Assembly: GCA_965204375.1 (NCBI GenBank)
Contig: OZ241986.1
Span: 1,920,001 to 1,984,000 of the forward strand
Origin: Candidatus Latescibacterota bacterium
Lineage (GTDB): Bacteria > Latescibacterota > UBA2968
Direction of reading: 5' to 3'
Length of the DNA: 64,000 bases
The notes under the pieces were generated by a model. That model was not told the origin of the DNA, searched no databases, and saw only the letters and a list, made by a program, of their open reading frames with translations. Both the position numbers and the translations under genes were made by a program. Shown here in pieces: positions 9,096 through 17,777 of the stretch; within the stretch, counting starts at the first letter, position 1, and each line of letters starts with the position of its first letter.

Positions 9096-9372
9096 TCTCA
9101 ATCGCAACTTGTGCGCCCGACATTACTTCGTCCACAGACTTGCCCGTGAGTTCCATATATAGCGCGTCAGAACAAATATCCAGATCATCGCCCCAGGCTA
9201 TTGCACCCCCATCTGCTACGCGCGCAATCTCGAAGAATGCGCGATCATTCCAAGCAGCAAATACGCCACGCCCAGCCATATCTGATAAGTCTATCTCTCC
9301 CTCGATTCCGTCCGAATAGCGCACCCAGATGCAATAACCATCACGCGGTTCCACTGCAATTGGTCGTATCAT
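9088..9372 (-). CDS. DUF2442 domain protein (putative TA component)
   Basis: VEPRDGYCIWVRYSDG..GEIDL...AIAWGDDLDICSDALY; overlaps the DUF4160 start. Confidence 0.85.
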   Translation of the reverse strand: MIRPIAVEPRDGYCIWVRYSDGIEGEIDLSDMAGRGVFAAWNDRAFFEIARVADGGAIAWGDDLDICSDALYMELTGKSVDEVMSGAQVAIENA

Positions 9373-9477
9373 TGCACTTCTCCTTTTGCTACCGTTTCAA
9401 TTATCCTAACAAACAAAAGTGTAGCAACAACGCCATTTTGTCAACCGCATTTCAAAATATATCTCGGCTGACTGGAC

Positions 9478-9506
9478 TTGATTTATACGTCATTCTGACG
9501 TATAAT
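9478..9506 (+). promoter_or_regulatory. sigma70 promoter with overlapping palindromic operator
   Basis: TTGATT-N17-TATAAT; perfect 10-bp inverted repeat TTATACGTCA-ttc-TGACGTATAA at 9483-9505. Confidence 0.75.
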
Positions 9507-9556
9507 TTAAGAATGGAAAGAGTCCTATTTGATTCACTTCGAGGAGATCAATAAAC

Positions 9557-9964
9557 ATGACCACTAAAGAACAATATGGAACTTCTGAACTGGAGAGGGA
9601 CTTTGGACAGTTGACATTTGGAAATGCTCTGGCGAGCGATCGAACAGGAAAAGAAAAAAGCCAGAGAGCGTTTGCTGATTTCTTAGACATTTCGCCTCAA
9701 AGCCTTTGTGATATAGAAAAAGAAAGAAGAATCCCGAGTCCCAGCAGGGCAGCCAAAATTGCCAGACAACTCGGCGAGCCAGAAAGCTTCTGGGTACAGC
9801 TTGCGTTACAGGATATGCTTCGAAAAGAAAACTTGAACCTCGTTGTTTCCATACTCGCGGAAGACTATCTGGACCAAGAGGCGAAACAAGGTAAACGTGC
9901 GGATTTCGAAAAAGTCTTAAAGGCCGTGCCACACGTCGAACCAGCAGAACATGACCGGATCTAA
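9557..9964 (+). CDS. XRE/HigA-like HTH antitoxin, apparently chimeric
   Basis: SQRAFADFLDISPQSLCDIEKERRIPS HTH; C-terminal AEDYLDQEAKQGKRADFEKVLKAVPHVEPAEHDRI resembles tails of RHH/HicB-like antitoxins. Confidence 0.75.
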   Translation: MTTKEQYGTSELERDFGQLTFGNALASDRTGKEKSQRAFADFLDISPQSLCDIEKERRIPSPSRAAKIARQLGEPESFWVQLALQDMLRKENLNLVVSILAEDYLDQEAKQGKRADFEKVLKAVPHVEPAEHDRI

Positions 9965-10007
9965 ATTCAGGCCACCTCCCTGGTTGCCCACACAGATAGA
10001 TCTATAT

Positions 10008-11147
10008 TCATGACGTTTCTTTGCCAAAGCTTCTGCCAAAAATCAGAAAATCGCCAAATCCAATCGTGCCATCTTCATCCAGATCGTACTTCGCGTCATA
10101 TTGCTCATCGCCGTGGTCTAATCCAAACTGGCTTGCAAAGAGCAAAAAGTCACTCAAATCAACCCGCCCATCGCCATTAAAGTCCGGCGTAAGGACTTGT
10201 AACTTTAACTCAACGCGCACATCCATGGCTACTTTCTCAATTTGCGCTGTCCGACCAAGGTCGGCACGCATCAACCGTATCGCCGTATCCGAAAATGTAC
10301 CCTTCGTGCGAAAGCGAATCGTACCCAGCAGACCGCTGTTGGCTGTTATTTGACTGCCCAAAGCCACAAGACTGATCCTGACAAAGCCTGGATTTGTGCT
10401 CTGCTCCGTCAGGGTCTGAACATTGGGCAATACATCGCTGGCCTCAAAGCCCTCATAGACAACAAGGCTCTCATCGTATTCAAATCGAATAGAGACACCA
10501 TTTGCATTCCGAATATTTGTGCCAAAGATCTGAATGGCGACAATCTCATCTGTAGATACAGCGATAGAGGTAACCGCTTGATCACCAGCACTATCATCTA
10601 CATCCAAAGACAGGAAAAAGTTGGGAGGGGTAAGTGCGCCTTGTAACACAATACGAATATTCGCCCTTGCAGATGGGGATACCAAACCAGAGCCGTATGC
10701 AAGGTAGGCATTCACCAACCATATCGCCGTATCTGAAAACGTACCCTTCATGCGAAAACGAATTGTGCCCACCAGACCGCTTTGAGCCGTAGCCCCGTCA
10801 TCATAAGAACTAAAACTAATCTCGACAATGCCTGGCCTCCGCGATGTGAATGGGGAGTCAGGGAACACATCACCGGCATCAATGCTCTCATAGACAACGA
10901 GATTCGCATCGTATTCAAAGCGCACAACAAGGCCGCGCACAACAAGGCCATTCGCATTTCGAATATCTTGACAAAATATCTGAATGGCGACAATCTGATC
11001 AGCCGACACATTGACAGAGGTAACTGCCTGGTCACCTGCCCAACCATCCACATCCAGCGAAAGGGAAAAGCTATTTTGTGCCGAAAGAGATAGCGGATAC
11101 ACCAAAAGGGCGAGTATTGATAAAGTTGACAGAATCAGGTTACGCAT
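10008..11147 (-). CDS. Secreted protein with two cohesin-like repeats and a C-terminal dockerin/EF-hand pair
   Basis: Signal peptide MRNLILS...LSA; two repeats starting FSLSLDVDG.AGDQAVTS / FFLSLDVDDSAGDQAVTS; DFNGDGRVDLSDF and DLDEDGTIGFGDF loops. Confidence 0.75.
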   Translation of the reverse strand: MRNLILSTLSILALLVYPLSLSAQNSFSLSLDVDGWAGDQAVTSVNVSADQIVAIQIFCQDIRNANGLVVRGLVVRFEYDANLVVYESIDAGDVFPDSPFTSRRPGIVEISFSSYDDGATAQSGLVGTIRFRMKGTFSDTAIWLVNAYLAYGSGLVSPSARANIRIVLQGALTPPNFFLSLDVDDSAGDQAVTSIAVSTDEIVAIQIFGTNIRNANGVSIRFEYDESLVVYEGFEASDVLPNVQTLTEQSTNPGFVRISLVALGSQITANSGLLGTIRFRTKGTFSDTAIRLMRADLGRTAQIEKVAMDVRVELKLQVLTPDFNGDGRVDLSDFLLFASQFGLDHGDEQYDAKYDLDEDGTIGFGDFLIFGRSFGKETS

Positions 11148-11306
11148 CGGGATTTCCTTTCGTTTCTTGGCGCACGGCGTCCCACATTGTATTCTCCTCT
11201 CAATGCCTCTCAGGTCAATTATCCAAGACAAACGAGACAAACGTCCTGTTTGATCGCTCTCAGGCACTTAAAACGATTGCTTTCAAGAAGAGAATCGGGA
11301 GATCGT

Positions 11307-14300
11307 CTAAGCCTCTAAGAGAGATTTAACCCACTTGTCAATGGAAATCCCGTTCTCCCATAGTTTTGTAGAGACCCCATAACGAAGCAGTTTCTCATTG
11401 TGCAAGCGTACGGGATTACTACTGGCAAGTTTGTCCACCCCCTCATACACCTTAAAAATATCATTGCCTATATTGGTAACAATTTTTGCGGACTGTTTGA
11501 CTTCAGCCAATTCCCATGATTCTGGTATCTCTTGCCCTCGCAGGTCAATAACGCATAGTACGAAACGATCTGAGTCATCCGAGGCAGTCCGAGCTTGAAG
11601 CGGGGTAAGTCGAACATCGCCGGTTGTAGTAGTTTTTACTTCCAGAAAATAGCTCCCGACCTTAAAACTGAATAACTCATCATCCAAACTGCTATCCGCC
11701 TGGCCTGGTAATACTTCGTAGTCATAACCTCTATCTACAAGTTGGAGATCAAGATCGTGTAATTGGATAACTTCAGCCAACATTGCTTGCACAGCAAGGC
11801 CAAAACTACGATTGTGTTCGCGTATTTCTGCTTGGCGATTTCGTTTTTTAAGTTCCTCGCTAATTTCCTGAATCTCGTCAGGTTCTGCCTCTGATAAAAG
11901 TCTTACTACTTCCGGATTTTCGACCGCAGCCTTTACCACATCCAAATTTGTAACGGCGGATTTAGCCAAAGTTGGATCCTGAAGTAATTTCACCAAATTG
12001 CTCTCAATCTCGGGATCCAAGTTTTCAGTCATGAGGGTGAGTTGCTTGAACCCAAAAACACGATGTAGTAAGTCTATTCCGTAGGGATTGTTCTGCAACC
12101 AAGATGGATTGAGAAGTCCCCGTAAATTAGCTTCATTGGCCGGTACTGGTGCAAAACCTTTTTCCTCCGATTCCTCCGAACGTTGAACGGGCACCCACGC
12201 TCGCACTTTAAGTTCAAAAGGCCAAGTAGCTCCACGAAGCTTCAATGACACTGACTCACCTGAACGATTGCCACTAACTTCCTTAATTCTTCGCCAGCTT
12301 TGATCCTCTCTTGCGGCTACATTAAGAACAAAATCCAGCAACCGCTTTGCAAGCTCTGTATCCTGCCCACAACGATTCACTATATCAGTCGAGAGAAACG
12401 CAATCTGTCCAAAATTTTCATTCCTGACTGTTACCTCCTCATCCTCTTGGCTATCAAGGGCCATCGCCTTTAGCAAGTTTAGATTTTCGTTTCTATCAAG
12501 GGACCTGGTCGCCTTATATAAAGGTCCTCCTATTACAAGACCGGCTGCAATAAGAGGAGTAAGCACGCCATTAAGATCCTTATCATTACAGTAATGATCA
12601 GAAAGCAAACGGTTCTTTGTGTAAAGATCAACATAAGGTTGTGCTGATTGAGGCCAATGCAAAACTGGAGACAGAATTTGTTGACTGCCCGTAAGCCGTA
12701 TTATCTTATTGGCTGCGGTCAACAAAGGACATTTGCGAAGTAGTGGGACATTATCATCCTTTCCAGCCAAGTATATTGCCAGACGCGCAGATGCACGTAG
12801 AGCAGGCAAATCGGTTTCCTCGCTGCCGTCCCGTAAGCACTTATCCAATTCGCAAAGTATATTATCTACTGCTTTTGTTTCGGTGTAAGACTCGCCAAGT
12901 TTTTTAAAAATAAAACCCTTTGCAGATTCGTAACCAGGTTCGTTTAAAGCTTCAACAACGTTTTTGTGCAAAAGTTTGGAACGGAGGTCTATTCCTATAT
13001 CATTGGCAATATCCTTAATCTTCTCCGGAATGTCTTCATCAATGCGAAGGTCACTCAGACGGCGCAATTGGGAATGCTGGTTTGGCACAAGGCCCGCAAC
13101 TAAGGGCTCTACATTAACACTCTTCGGAAGATCAGCAATCAAACGGAACAAATCGGCAAGCCACTTGAAAGAGCCTTCGCTAATGGGCAGGTCTGTAATA
13201 TCCTGACCCTTTTTCTTGACCCAATCTGTCAACTCTGTGAGACCGAATCGTGTGACTGGCAACCCCATCTCTTCCCATTGACGGGCTATCTCATCCCAAT
13301 CTTGAGCAAGTGTCTTGTCAGGTAAATAAAGGCCTGTGACTCGAGAGGCAAGTTGGTAGATGGCATTGTAATCAACCGCATTTTGCCCTTCCGAGTCGGT
13401 TGCTGGAACTAAAAATGTGACGTTTTTACCATCGTCTTGTAGGGCTGGCAATAAACCACCTTTAGTATCTATAATTGGTTTGGCAGCAGTTACTTTCCCG
13501 ATTTCCGAAATAACATTCTTCCACCATTCTAGTTCATCGCTTCCTTCACCGCCTAATGTGCGTTTGGGAATGGCGAGGTGAGCAAGTTTATGGGCATCAC
13601 GCCACCGTGATTTCACAGCGTCCTGGATAAGTGTAGGAAACGCCTCCATTGCGGTAGAGATCAAGTCACGGTCATTCGGAGTCATCGCAATAACTTCGCG
13701 CTCCTGTTTTGGATCAAAACTGCCATCCAGCACAACGTTGAAAGGCAAAAAGTCAGTTTCAACGATGGGGAACTTAACAAAAATTCTTGGAAAGTCATCC
13801 GCGGGCAATACCACCCTATACCGATTGCTATCACAATTCTCTAAAACGACGAGCAAAGCTGACTGGGCATTCTGGCTGCTTATGCGGAGTGCCGTAAGTT
13901 GTCGAGTAGTTTCATCTGGGGAAACCGTAACCTCAGTTAGCTTTAGTACAAAGCCATCTATCATTTTGTCAGTCGTATTTGCTGGCTTAAAAAATGTAGC
14001 CCCCTGTGGACGCACAATGCGAACTTGACCAAGTTTTTCACAGGTTACATAGAGATATGGAAGCACCTGTTCCAAACGGTCCAGTCCCCGTTGTGCAACT
14101 TCACAATCAGCATCAGAATAGGTAAACAACGCTGTAGGATTTTTAGCTATACATGGCTCTGGCAAAGACTGTGCCTTGCCAATTGCCTCATTAGCCTGTT
14201 CTATGTTCTCCGCAATTGCATCTTCGTCTCCATCACGGTTAAGTTCTATACGGAATCTTTCGTGGTCTTTCTCTATCTTGAGAACTCCATGCACATCGAC

Positions 14301-14663
14301 ATGCGTTGATAGCGCATGTGTTACCAGAAACCCCGTACCGAAGCGTCCCGTTGTCTCCTCATCGTCAAAATCTTTACTGGAACCTCCGGACAACAGCGCA
14401 GCTAATTCTTCGGTTGTGAAGGGCTTTCCCGTATGGGAAACGAGCAAATCATTGTCTTTGAAGATAAAACTAATTTTTACGCGTTTGTCACCGTCACGCG
14501 GTCCGGCGTCGTGGGCATTTTGAATAAGCTCAAACGGCCATCGGACACCTGCACTGGGCATATTCTGCGCCGCATCTACTTTGGTGCGGATAGTGCGTGC
14601 GTCATTTCGGTTTCGTTGATGCTTACTTGCCTCCTCGTATTCTGCACGGGCAGTTTCGCTCAT
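11307..14663 (-). CDS. Sacsin-like GHKL ATPase with C-terminal DUF3883 (NOV-C) PD-(D/E)xK nuclease-like domain
   Basis: N-terminal FELIQNAHDA, SHTGKPFT, GGSSK, TGRFGTGF; C-terminal GYDYEV...FLEVKTT...RLTPLQ...FVLCVIDL. Confidence 0.75.
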   Translation of the reverse strand: MSETARAEYEEASKHQRNRNDARTIRTKVDAAQNMPSAGVRWPFELIQNAHDAGPRDGDKRVKISFIFKDNDLLVSHTGKPFTTEELAALLSGGSSKDFDDEETTGRFGTGFLVTHALSTHVDVHGVLKIEKDHERFRIELNRDGDEDAIAENIEQANEAIGKAQSLPEPCIAKNPTALFTYSDADCEVAQRGLDRLEQVLPYLYVTCEKLGQVRIVRPQGATFFKPANTTDKMIDGFVLKLTEVTVSPDETTRQLTALRISSQNAQSALLVVLENCDSNRYRVVLPADDFPRIFVKFPIVETDFLPFNVVLDGSFDPKQEREVIAMTPNDRDLISTAMEAFPTLIQDAVKSRWRDAHKLAHLAIPKRTLGGEGSDELEWWKNVISEIGKVTAAKPIIDTKGGLLPALQDDGKNVTFLVPATDSEGQNAVDYNAIYQLASRVTGLYLPDKTLAQDWDEIARQWEEMGLPVTRFGLTELTDWVKKKGQDITDLPISEGSFKWLADLFRLIADLPKSVNVEPLVAGLVPNQHSQLRRLSDLRIDEDIPEKIKDIANDIGIDLRSKLLHKNVVEALNEPGYESAKGFIFKKLGESYTETKAVDNILCELDKCLRDGSEETDLPALRASARLAIYLAGKDDNVPLLRKCPLLTAANKIIRLTGSQQILSPVLHWPQSAQPYVDLYTKNRLLSDHYCNDKDLNGVLTPLIAAGLVIGGPLYKATRSLDRNENLNLLKAMALDSQEDEEVTVRNENFGQIAFLSTDIVNRCGQDTELAKRLLDFVLNVAAREDQSWRRIKEVSGNRSGESVSLKLRGATWPFELKVRAWVPVQRSEESEEKGFAPVPANEANLRGLLNPSWLQNNPYGIDLLHRVFGFKQLTLMTENLDPEIESNLVKLLQDPTLAKSAVTNLDVVKAAVENPEVVRLLSEAEPDEIQEISEELKKRNRQAEIREHNRSFGLAVQAMLAEVIQLHDLDLQLVDRGYDYEVLPGQADSSLDDELFSFKVGSYFLEVKTTTTGDVRLTPLQARTASDDSDRFVLCVIDLRGQEIPESWELAEVKQSAKIVTNIGNDIFKVYEGVDKLASSNPVRLHNEKLLRYGVSTKLWENGISIDKWVKSLLEA

Positions 14664-14732
14664 TATAGCCTCCTAAAAATATCGTGAAAATTTTAAATAT
14701 CTAATCAATCGAATTTCTGCGAGATTCCATTG

Positions 14733-15035
14733 TCATTTCACCACCCCCTTCTGCCGACCACGGCGTAGGGTGCGTTTTTGATCTGCGGGGTTTGAGGGAT
14801 AGGCGGTGATGACACATCCGTTGCGTATCACGACCTTGCGATTTGCAAGGCGGCTCAACGTTTGTATCTCTCGCTTTCGAGTCTCGATCTCGCGGATGGC
14901 ATCCTGGTTGCACATAAGCCATGTCTCGTCGTCAATCTGCGTTCCGCACGCGAGAATAATTGGAATATCTGACTTGCGAATGCCTCGCTGTTGCATGCGT
15001 GTCCTGGCGTGTCGGCTATAAATGAGATTACTCAT
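14733..15035 (-). CDS. DUF4258 domain protein (RelE-like fold, putative toxin)
   Basis: YSRHARTRMQQRGI....I...L..G and C-terminal VVIRNGCVITAY; ATGA overlap with the upstream XRE gene. Confidence 0.75.
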   Translation of the reverse strand: MSNLIYSRHARTRMQQRGIRKSDIPIILACGTQIDDETWLMCNQDAIREIETRKREIQTLSRLANRKVVIRNGCVITAYPSNPADQKRTLRRGRQKGVVK

Positions 15036-16081
15036 TGGTCGTCTCCTCCTTTTTCAGTTTTGGACCTGGTTTTAGAAGCATTCTCAAACCACTCCCTTAT
15101 ATCGTCTCCTTTCGGCGACGTGGCTATAAACTTTGCGGCTAAGTTCTCTTGCTCCTTCTCAGGAATTTCCTTGAAGATGTCCAGCACCTTGTCTTCAAGC
15201 CACTTCGCACGATCCTCGCCTGCATCTTCTGCCATCAATTTCTCAGGGATATCTGAGAGCCGCGCACAACCAGTTTCAAGGCATACTTTGGCTATAGAGG
15301 ATCCGTTAGTAATATGGTCAATTTCTTCGCTACAGATGTCGTAGTGAGGAAACTTGAAATCTGATGCGATACTGAGAACGCCGCCATCTACATCAACGAC
15401 GCTGGGGATGGCGAGTTCATCTGCCAACTTTCGCAATTCATCTGCCAACTTTCGCAAATAGTGGGTAAATGGATTTTCTGTGGAGGGATCAAAGGGCGCA
15501 CCTATAAAATCATTATTCAGATATTTGCCGAACAGATCGGCCTTGTCGATGGAATCTGCTTCCGACCCGGCAACACCTCCGCACATGTGATCAACCATCT
15601 CATAAAAAGGAGGTAGGCTCAGCCAAGATACGTCAATTTGATACAAACGATCGTACGTTTCCTCTATCTCTTGCAATTTCTTGCGCCGCTGGGCGAGACT
15701 ACCCTCGGCCAGAAGCACAAAAAAGAGCGGTGCCATGTTGATGATCTCGGTGGCATTGACACCATATCGGCGTTTGATAAGGTCGTAGGCGAGTCGGGTC
15801 TTTGGTGCAATCTGCGCGCCGATCGGGACGCGATCAAGATTGTCGGTGAGCGTATCATCGGACTCGGGAAGTGGCAAATCGCCTGTGAGCACACCTGGTT
15901 CAACGCTGAGTGCTTTGGCCAGGCGGTTCAGCGTGTCCTCTCGGGTTTTTTGGGATCGATGAGGTTCTTGTTCCAAACGTTGGATTGTGCGTACGGTGAT
16001 GCCAGATCGTTTTTCAAGTTGTGGACGTGTAAATCCTTTCTTTTCGCGCACGGTGCGAAGGCGATCAGGATTGATTTTCAT
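15032..16081 (-). CDS. XRE-family HTH regulator with long unknown C-terminal domain
   Basis: RLRTVREKKGFTRPQLEKRSGITVRTIQRLE...LNRLAKALSVEPGVL; GGAG RBS. Confidence 0.8.
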   Translation of the reverse strand: MKINPDRLRTVREKKGFTRPQLEKRSGITVRTIQRLEQEPHRSQKTREDTLNRLAKALSVEPGVLTGDLPLPESDDTLTDNLDRVPIGAQIAPKTRLAYDLIKRRYGVNATEIINMAPLFFVLLAEGSLAQRRKKLQEIEETYDRLYQIDVSWLSLPPFYEMVDHMCGGVAGSEADSIDKADLFGKYLNNDFIGAPFDPSTENPFTHYLRKLADELRKLADELAIPSVVDVDGGVLSIASDFKFPHYDICSEEIDHITNGSSIAKVCLETGCARLSDIPEKLMAEDAGEDRAKWLEDKVLDIFKEIPEKEQENLAAKFIATSPKGDDIREWFENASKTRSKTEKGGDDQ

Positions 16082-16210
16082 GGCAAAACTCCTTAGCTTG
16101 AGTTTTCATAATGAGACTGCTTAAATGCGATACACCAAAACATATCTTTTTTAGAAAAATTTTTCAACAGAAATAAAGAGAAAAATCCTGAATAAATTAT
16201 TTATATAAAT

Positions 16211-16231
16211 GACATAAAGAACAAATATGTC
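16211..16231. promoter_or_regulatory. Candidate operator upstream of XRE gene
   Basis: Inverted repeat GACATA-N9-TATGTC in an AT-rich upstream region. Confidence 0.35.
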
Positions 16232-16368
16232 CTTATCTTGTCTCAGGGAATATATTTAACGCCCCATTAAAGCGTGTCAAAGAAGACAAACGCGGACATT
16301 TTGATGTTTTGTATCCCTCGCCCGTTCCCCGCGGATGTGGCGTGGGTTTGACCAATGTCGCCAGTTAC

Positions 16369-16406
16369 AAAAAAATACCGCCCTCCCGATATTGGAAGAG
16401 CGGCAC
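16369..16406 (-). terminator. Intrinsic terminator after the Bat operon and small gene pair
   Basis: TGCCGCTCTTCC...GGGAGGGCGGTA stem (with G-U pairs) + T7 on minus strand. Confidence 0.7.
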
Positions 16407-16520
16407 TGAATGGGCCGGTGTGGTGGACCGACGCTTGTATTCTTCAAATCTCAAAACATCTCTTTTAATCCATGTGCTACGTCTATTGCGGCGAGTAATA
16501 GGATAGCCATAACCGCACGT

Positions 16521-16751
16521 TCAAGTTGATTCCACCAGTGCTTCTTTGGCTCTACGAGGCAATTCGACGAGGATAAAATAAGACGCTGGATATAAATAAT
16601 CTTCCCGCGATTCATCTACGACTCTCAAATATCCTTCTCGGGTCGCTTCTGCATCAGGCAAAATCTGGTAGATCTTTCGCATCTCCAGATCATCGCAATC
16701 CCTGTTCTCGATACACAGCGCGAATTGAGATTCTGATAGGTTCTTTTTCAT
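16521..16751 (-). CDS. Small conserved hypothetical protein (acidic partner of a TA-like pair)
   Basis: FALCIEN...LEMRKIYQILPD..A...GYLRVVDES.EDYLYPASYF; starts 1 nt after the partner's stop. Confidence 0.7.
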   Translation of the reverse strand: MKKNLSESQFALCIENRDCDDLEMRKIYQILPDAEATREGYLRVVDESREDYLYPASYFILVELPRRAKEALVEST

Positions 16752-16752
16752 T

Positions 16753-16989
16753 TTACCACTCCAGGAATCGTTTGATCTTCATCTTTCTTCGGCCAATTCC
16801 ATGCGCCTCATACCAATGGATCTCTGCTCGGCGGATACTGCCATTGCTCAAGCGAATACGGGCAATACCTTTGCGTTTCAGCCACCGGCCAGCCCCATAT
16901 TGCCTGCGAAGCCGCATAATCTCACGGATTTGTCCGCCTACAGCAATCGTTTCAATAGGCTCAATCGCGCCTATAATTTCAAAGTGCAT
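16753..16989 (-). CDS. Small basic conserved hypothetical protein (TA-like pair)
   Basis: IETIAVG..IRE..RLRRQYG.GRW.KRKG...AEIHWYEAHGIGRRKMKIK. Confidence 0.7.
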   Translation of the reverse strand: MHFEIIGAIEPIETIAVGGQIREIMRLRRQYGAGRWLKRKGIARIRLSNGSIRRAEIHWYEAHGIGRRKMKIKRFLEW

Positions 16990-17007
16990 TGAAAAACCAT
17001 CTCCGCC

Positions 17008-17775
17008 TCAAATCCGCTCCAACGCACGCGCCTCAACCCAGCCGCCGAGACCCGATCGCAAGCGCACCAGCAACCACCCACCTTCAACCCGTTCAATCTC
17101 GACCTTCGTGCCCTCGTGCAGTGCGAACACCTGTAAAAAATCGGAGCCAGGCCCGCTGCGGCCAATAGCCTCATCTACCAAAATGATAGCTTTGGGAATG
17201 CTGTGTTGATGCGCCTTAAACGCCAGCATAGCTGTACTGCTCAAAAGTCCGCCTGCAAAAACCACCAGCAACCCACCCCACAGCAAGCGCCGGACCGGCA
17301 CAAAAATCCAACACACCGCTACACCACCCATTAAAAAAACAAACACACAAACCATAACTGCCAGCGCATCGAGGGTAAAAAACGCAAAAATCGCTTGCAA
17401 AATCCGCGTCAAAATATTGACCTCATCTTCGCTTTCTCGATCTATCTTCAGGGCATTAGCAAACTGCAAATTCGTCAGAACATCCCGATCATCCGGCATC
17501 AAATTCAAAGCGCGTTCATAAGATAAAATCGCACGCCCGAGTTGCGCGTTTTTAAAATACGCATTGCCCAGATTATAATATACCTCGCCGTTGTTCAGCC
17601 CCTGTGCGATAACGCGCTCATAAGCCGAAATCGCCGCATCAAAATCCCCGGCGCGATAGTGTTCATTGCCCCGATTGTACAGCGCGACAAGAGCTTCTGA
17701 GGCCAATACCGCATCCACGCCAAGTATCGCAACTGCGACAACGGGGTATAACAACCGTACTATCACCGTCCTCAT
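17008..17775 (-). CDS. batE: BatE-like TPR + SH3 membrane protein
   Basis: YYNLGNAYFK..QLGRAILSYERAL..PDDRDVLTNL; two TM helices; RSGPG....VFALHEGTKVEI...GWV. Confidence 0.8.
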   Translation of the reverse strand: MRTVIVRLLYPVVAVAILGVDAVLASEALVALYNRGNEHYRAGDFDAAISAYERVIAQGLNNGEVYYNLGNAYFKNAQLGRAILSYERALNLMPDDRDVLTNLQFANALKIDRESEDEVNILTRILQAIFAFFTLDALAVMVCVFVFLMGGVAVCWIFVPVRRLLWGGLLVVFAGGLLSSTAMLAFKAHQHSIPKAIILVDEAIGRSGPGSDFLQVFALHEGTKVEIERVEGGWLLVRLRSGLGGWVEARALERI

Positions 17776-17777
17776 GA

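Noticed and set aside
11205-11217. GCCTCTCAGGTCA, matching part of module B of the modular element
   Set aside because: Only 13 nt, with no TCTA joints and no other arm of the hairpin; may be chance.
11225-16292. AAGACAAACG on both sides of the XRE-DUF4258-ATPase block as possible att sites
   Set aside because: Only 10 bp, with no integrase or tRNA target nearby; too weak to call island boundaries.
16323-16345. GTTCCCCGCG resembling the start of a type I-E CRISPR repeat
   Set aside because: Single occurrence, no repeat-spacer periodicity and no cas genes.
16408-16440. Possible tRNA 3'-end remnant next to a terminator
   Set aside because: No TTCGA T-loop or acceptor-stem pairing could be built.
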